A DNA stretch of 64,000 nt, taken from an uncultured Phycisphaerales bacterium (GTDB taxonomy: Bacteria > Planctomycetota > Phycisphaerae > Tepidisphaerales > Tepidisphaeraceae). The stretch lies in NCBI GenBank assembly GCA_963758525.1, contig CAVWVQ010000003.1:704001-768000 (forward strand), given 5' to 3'. Positions 60,387-64,000 of the stretch are shown here, piece by piece; position 1 is the stretch's first letter; every line of letters begins with the position of its first letter. The notes below the pieces were generated by a model. The model saw only the letters and a list, made by a program, of their open reading frames with translations, had not been told where the DNA came from and did not search any database. The position numbers and the translations under genes were made by a program.

Positions 60387-61199
60387 ATGAAGCCTCGCAC
60401 GCTGATCCTTCGCACCGCCGGCACCAACTGCGATCTGGAAACCGCTCACGCCTTCGATCTGGCCGGCGCCGAGTCGCATCGGATTCACGTCAACCGCCTG
60501 CTGCACCACGCCCTCCGGCTCGACGACTACCAGATCCTCGCGTTCCCCGGCGGCTTCAGCTACGGCGACGACATCGCCGCCGGCAAAATCCTCGCCAATC
60601 AGCTTCAACACCACCTGCGCGACGCCCTGCGAGACTTCGTCGCTTCCGGCCGACCCGTCATCGGCATCTGCAACGGCTTTCAAGTGCTGGTGAAAACCGA
60701 ACTGCTGCCCGGCCCCTTAGCCGACCGCACCGGCCAGACCTGCACGTTGACGAACAATACGTCCGGCCGATTTATCGACCGCTGGATCCGCCTCGCCCCA
60801 CTCGGCGGCCGCTGCATCTGGACCAAAAATCTTTCAGTCGACGCGACTGGAGCGATCGAACTTCCCATCGCCCATGGCGAAGGAAGATTCGTCCCCGCGA
60901 CCGAGCAGGTTCGCCAAGCCCTTTGGGACAACGGCCAAGTCGCCCTGACCTACGTCAATGATGCGGGCTCCCCCGCCAGCGGCCAATTCCCCGACAACCC
61001 CAACGGCAGCACCGACGACATCGCCGGCGTCTGCGACGCCTCCGGCCTGGTCTTTGGTCTCATGCCGCATCCGGAGCGTTTCGTGGATGCCACGCAACAC
61101 CCCGCCTGGAAAACCCGCCCCATCCAGGAAGGCGCCGGCCTGCAGGTCTTCCGCAATGCGGTGAGCTATGTGAAAGACGCCGTTGGGGCGGGGGTCTGA
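60387..61199 (+). CDS. purQ: Phosphoribosylformylglycinamidine synthase glutaminase subunit
   Basis: GTNCD, PGGFSYGD, GICNGFQ, AHGEG, NPNGS, MPHPER. Confidence 0.97.
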   Translation: MKPRTLILRTAGTNCDLETAHAFDLAGAESHRIHVNRLLHHALRLDDYQILAFPGGFSYGDDIAAGKILANQLQHHLRDALRDFVASGRPVIGICNGFQVLVKTELLPGPLADRTGQTCTLTNNTSGRFIDRWIRLAPLGGRCIWTKNLSVDATGAIELPIAHGEGRFVPATEQVRQALWDNGQVALTYVNDAGSPASGQFPDNPNGSTDDIAGVCDASGLVFGLMPHPERFVDATQHPAWKTRPIQEGAGLQVFRNAVSYVKDAVGAGV

Positions 61200-61290
61200 A
61201 TCAGGCTCCCTTGACTTAGCTCAGGAAGCCGATACTTTTTGACCCGCGCTATGGCGGAAATCGGTTAGAATTAGCGAGGTTGCTTCTCTT

Positions 61291-61369
61291 TCGGCAGTAG
61301 CTCAATGGCAGAGTCCCCGGTTCACCGGGATTAACCGACTTGTTGTAGGTTCGAGTCCTACCTGCCGAA
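61291..61369 (+). ncRNA. tRNA-Asn-derived tRNA-like element with a replaced anticodon arm
   Basis: Near-identical to the downstream tRNA-Asn, except that CAGTCGGCTG is replaced by TCCCCGGTTCACCGGGA and there are three substitutions. Confidence 0.75.
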
Positions 61370-61399
61370 ATAAGAGTTAAGGTGCCGCAAGTAGTTTTT

Positions 61400-61471
61400 T
61401 CGGCAGTAGCTCAATGGTAGAGCAGTCGGCTGTTAACCGACTGGTTGTAGGTTCGAGTCCTACCTGCCGAG
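61400..61471 (+). tRNA. tRNA-Asn(GTT)
   Basis: TCGGCAGTAGCTCAATGGTAGAGCAGTCGGCT-GTT-AACCGACTGGTTGTAGGTTCGAGTCCTACCTGCCGAG. Confidence 0.97.
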
Positions 61472-61480
61472 TTTTTACGC

Positions 61481-61504
61481 CCCATCCCATCCGGATGGGT
61501 TTTC
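61481..61504 (+). terminator. Intrinsic terminator after tRNA-Asn
   Basis: CCCATCC-catcc-GGATGGG followed by a T-run. Confidence 0.65.
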
Positions 61505-61582
61505 TGAAGCCGGCCGGCGTTCGCCTGGAGCCAAGCCTGCTCAAAGCCGGATACGGTGGTCCCTCACCGCAAGCCCGATCGC

Positions 61583-61975
61583 CTACCGCAACGCGACCGA
61601 ATCCGGGTCCGTCTCGCGCTCGATGCACTCCACAAGCTCCTCGAATTGAATGGACTTGGGCAGGTACCGCCGTTGGCTGACGCCGAACGACGGCTCGCAT
61701 GACTCCTGCCTGGTGACCAGGGCGGTGAGATAAAGCACGGGGATATGCTGAAGCCCCGGGTCCGCCTGCAGTTCTGCCGCCAGTTCGCTGCCGTCGATTT
61801 CGGGCATCATCACGTCCATGAGAACCAGGTGAGGGTCGAATTCCCGGATCGCTTCGATCGCTTTCCGAGAGTCGTTCACCTCGCGTACGGTGTACCCCGG
61901 CGTCGCTTCCAACAGCAGCCGAAGACTCCATGTGAAGTCTGGTTCGTCATCCACCACCATGATTCGCTTCTTCAT
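61583..61975 (-). CDS. Single-domain response regulator (receiver)
   Basis: IMVVDDE, LMDVMMPEIDG, LTA, YLPK. Confidence 0.9.
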   Translation of the reverse strand: MKKRIMVVDDEPDFTWSLRLLLEATPGYTVREVNDSRKAIEAIREFDPHLVLMDVMMPEIDGSELAAELQADPGLQHIPVLYLTALVTRQESCEPSFGVSQRRYLPKSIQFEELVECIERETDPDSVALR

Positions 61976-62333
61976 AGACGGCCTTGATCGCGTCGTGAAA
62001 AATCCTTCCGCATGCCCGAACGAACAAGATGTGCAGCCGAGCTGAAGCTTACGAGCCTGCCCGCGCAGCCGCAAGAAAAATCGGCTCCGAACACGAGGGC
62101 GCTGGACGTCTCCATGAGTCGCGAATCCGGATGCGCATTCTGTGCTGCCCCCCTTCGCCTGTCGCCAGCGAAGCAAAGTTTGGAAAGGCGGCCTCAAAAA
62201 CATACGCTATCGTCGATGTGAAGGGGCTGAGGCGATGACGCTTCAGCCAGAGCGCGGGGAACACAATTCGGAAAGGCCTGCTCTCATCTCTGGCGCCAGG
62301 GGCCGTCCGTATATCGCCGATCGGAGCAGATTC

Positions 62334-64000
62334 ATGAACCGGTTTGGGCGTAAGAACGGGGCCACGGGGCGTCTTGTGCGAGTCCATCTTCTGAAACTGA
62401 TTGTCTTTCGATGCGGCGCCGCGGTGCTCGCGGGAGGGAGCGTCTTGCGCAGAGCCCGCCCGGCACTCAACCCGCATCCGCTCCCCAGACGAGTATCGTC
62501 CCTGCATCGGATCTGACTCTTTCGCCAGAACCGTCCAAATTCAAGAACCTGAGCCTCGAGCAATTGATGCAGGTTGAGGTTTCCACCGTTTCGCGGGTAG
62601 ACGAGCGAATCGACGAGGCGCCCGGAAGCGTCTACGTTTATTCGAGCGATGTGATTCAAAACCGGGGTTACCGCAGCCTCGGGCAGTTGCTGCAGACCGT
62701 TCCGGGCTTCACGGTTTTCCATCGGGATCTCGACTTTGTCGTCGGCGTTCGCGGGTTGCTGGCGAACGATAACGACAAGGTTTCGCTCCTGATCAACGGC
62801 CAAAACGTCAACGGCCCGCACGAGCAGGATTTTCTCAACGGCCCGATCAATCTCGACAATGTCGAGCGTGTCGAAGTCGTGGTCGGCCCCTCCTCGCTGT
62901 TCCAACAGGGAAACACTCTGGCGGCCACGATCAACGTCATCACCAAGGATCCGGAAGGGATCGAACTGGTGAGCGGAGTGGGCAACGACCTGCGTTATTC
63001 GGAAACGCTGATGGGCGGCCATCGCTGGGCGCCGGACCGGCTGCTGAGCTTTTCGCTGAGCACCGAGGCCGAAAAAGGTTTCAATGCCTGGTCGCGTGGC
63101 GCCGGCCTGGGTGTTCCGGGAGAGACGCTGACGGGCGAAATCGATCAGCCGGACTATTTCGGCATCGTTCATGGGCAATATGGCGAACTATCCGGGCAAT
63201 TCATCGCCTATCGATCGAGCTGGCCGGAGCTGCACATCGACAGCGACGCGCGAAATGACGGAGAGATGTCGGAGCAAAAGTATTCGCTGTTCCTGAAAGC
63301 CGAGCATCCGTTCAGCGACAGCCTGACGGGAATCGCCCGAACCGAAGCCACGTTGAAAGAACAGACCCGGCTCAACGCGGATGGCATTCCGCCATTCAAC
63401 GCGGAGCAGCAGTCCCTCAATCAGTGGGACTACGCGAGCGAACTGGGACTTCGTTACACAGGCATCGAGCATCACATCATCCAATCCGGAGCTCAGTTCG
63501 AATATGACGACAATTTCAAGAATTATTTCACTTATCTCGGCCCAAATCAGCAGGGCCACATTCCAAGAACCTCTCTTTTCAACAAGGATGACTACGACAT
63601 CGGATTCTATCTCGATGACGAAATGCGGCTGACGGATCAATGGAAAGTGATCGGCGGAGCCCGGGTGGATCACAGCACGCGGCTGGAGGGCAACCGATGG
63701 TTCCCCGGCGCCCGGGCCGCGATCATTTACGAGCCGACGAAGATGTGGGTTTCCAAGGTCGTCTACAACCGATCGATTCGAATGCCGTCGGCGCTCGAGG
63801 CGTTAAATGACGTCTGGGGCTTCGAACATCGAGACCAGCCCACCGATCCGCCGTTCGCGCGGCTGTCGAATCCCGCAACAGAACCTGAGATTCTGTCCAC
63901 CATCGAGTGGGACAATATCGCTTACCTTGGCGACGCGCGGGTGGGAGTGAATATTTATCATCAGGACATGAGCGATTTCATCAGCTTCTTTCAGCCGCAT
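62334..64000 (+). CDS. TonB-dependent receptor, 3'-truncated by the window edge; frameshift near 62445
   Basis: Manual translation gives NLSLEQLMQVEVSTVSR..EAPGSVYV..LQTVPG and VERVEVVVGPSSLF (plug domain). Absent from the ORF track because there is no stop in the window. Confidence 0.88.

Noticed and set aside
61291..61369. Selenocysteine or opal-suppressor tRNA, or UGA recoding
   Set aside because: The loop is 4 nt, the body is tRNA-Asn-derived without tRNA-Sec arm lengths, and many genes here end normally at TGA.

Overview
GC-rich bacterial chromosomal segment, most likely a planctomycete of class Phycisphaerae. This is an inference from the LEPR-XLL-type signal (LEKLESRQLYS), prepilin/H-X9-DG-type pilin, TQP/TTAP-rich secreted N-termini, DUF1080 and waaA. 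Bases 1-22.1 kb hold a carbohydrate-utilisation region: GH3, GH28, two parallel beta-helix proteins, an SSS transporter, a LacI regulator, a CE12 esterase and two paralogous heparinase II/III-like proteins. The rest is mostly housekeeping and accessory genes (galE, asnS, nadD, waaA, rpmE, purQ, a sigma factor, tRNA-Arg/Tyr/Asn) with many small palindromic and heptamer repeats. About a dozen genes carry frameshifts, probably long-read indel errors. Three features stand out. (1) A 1607-aa PilX/GspK-like protein carries a beta-helix module that is split by a separate segment and closely paralogous to the neighbouring secreted beta-helix/5xFN3 protein. (2) A tandem tRNA-Asn copy has a rebuilt anticodon arm (UUCA loop) and an extended acceptor stem. 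(3) An orphan CI-like XRE/S24 repressor lacks both the catalytic Ser and the Ala-Gly site and sits next to an 11-bp repeat operator candidate. No CRISPR array, transposase or prophage was seen. All calls are by eye, without database searches.
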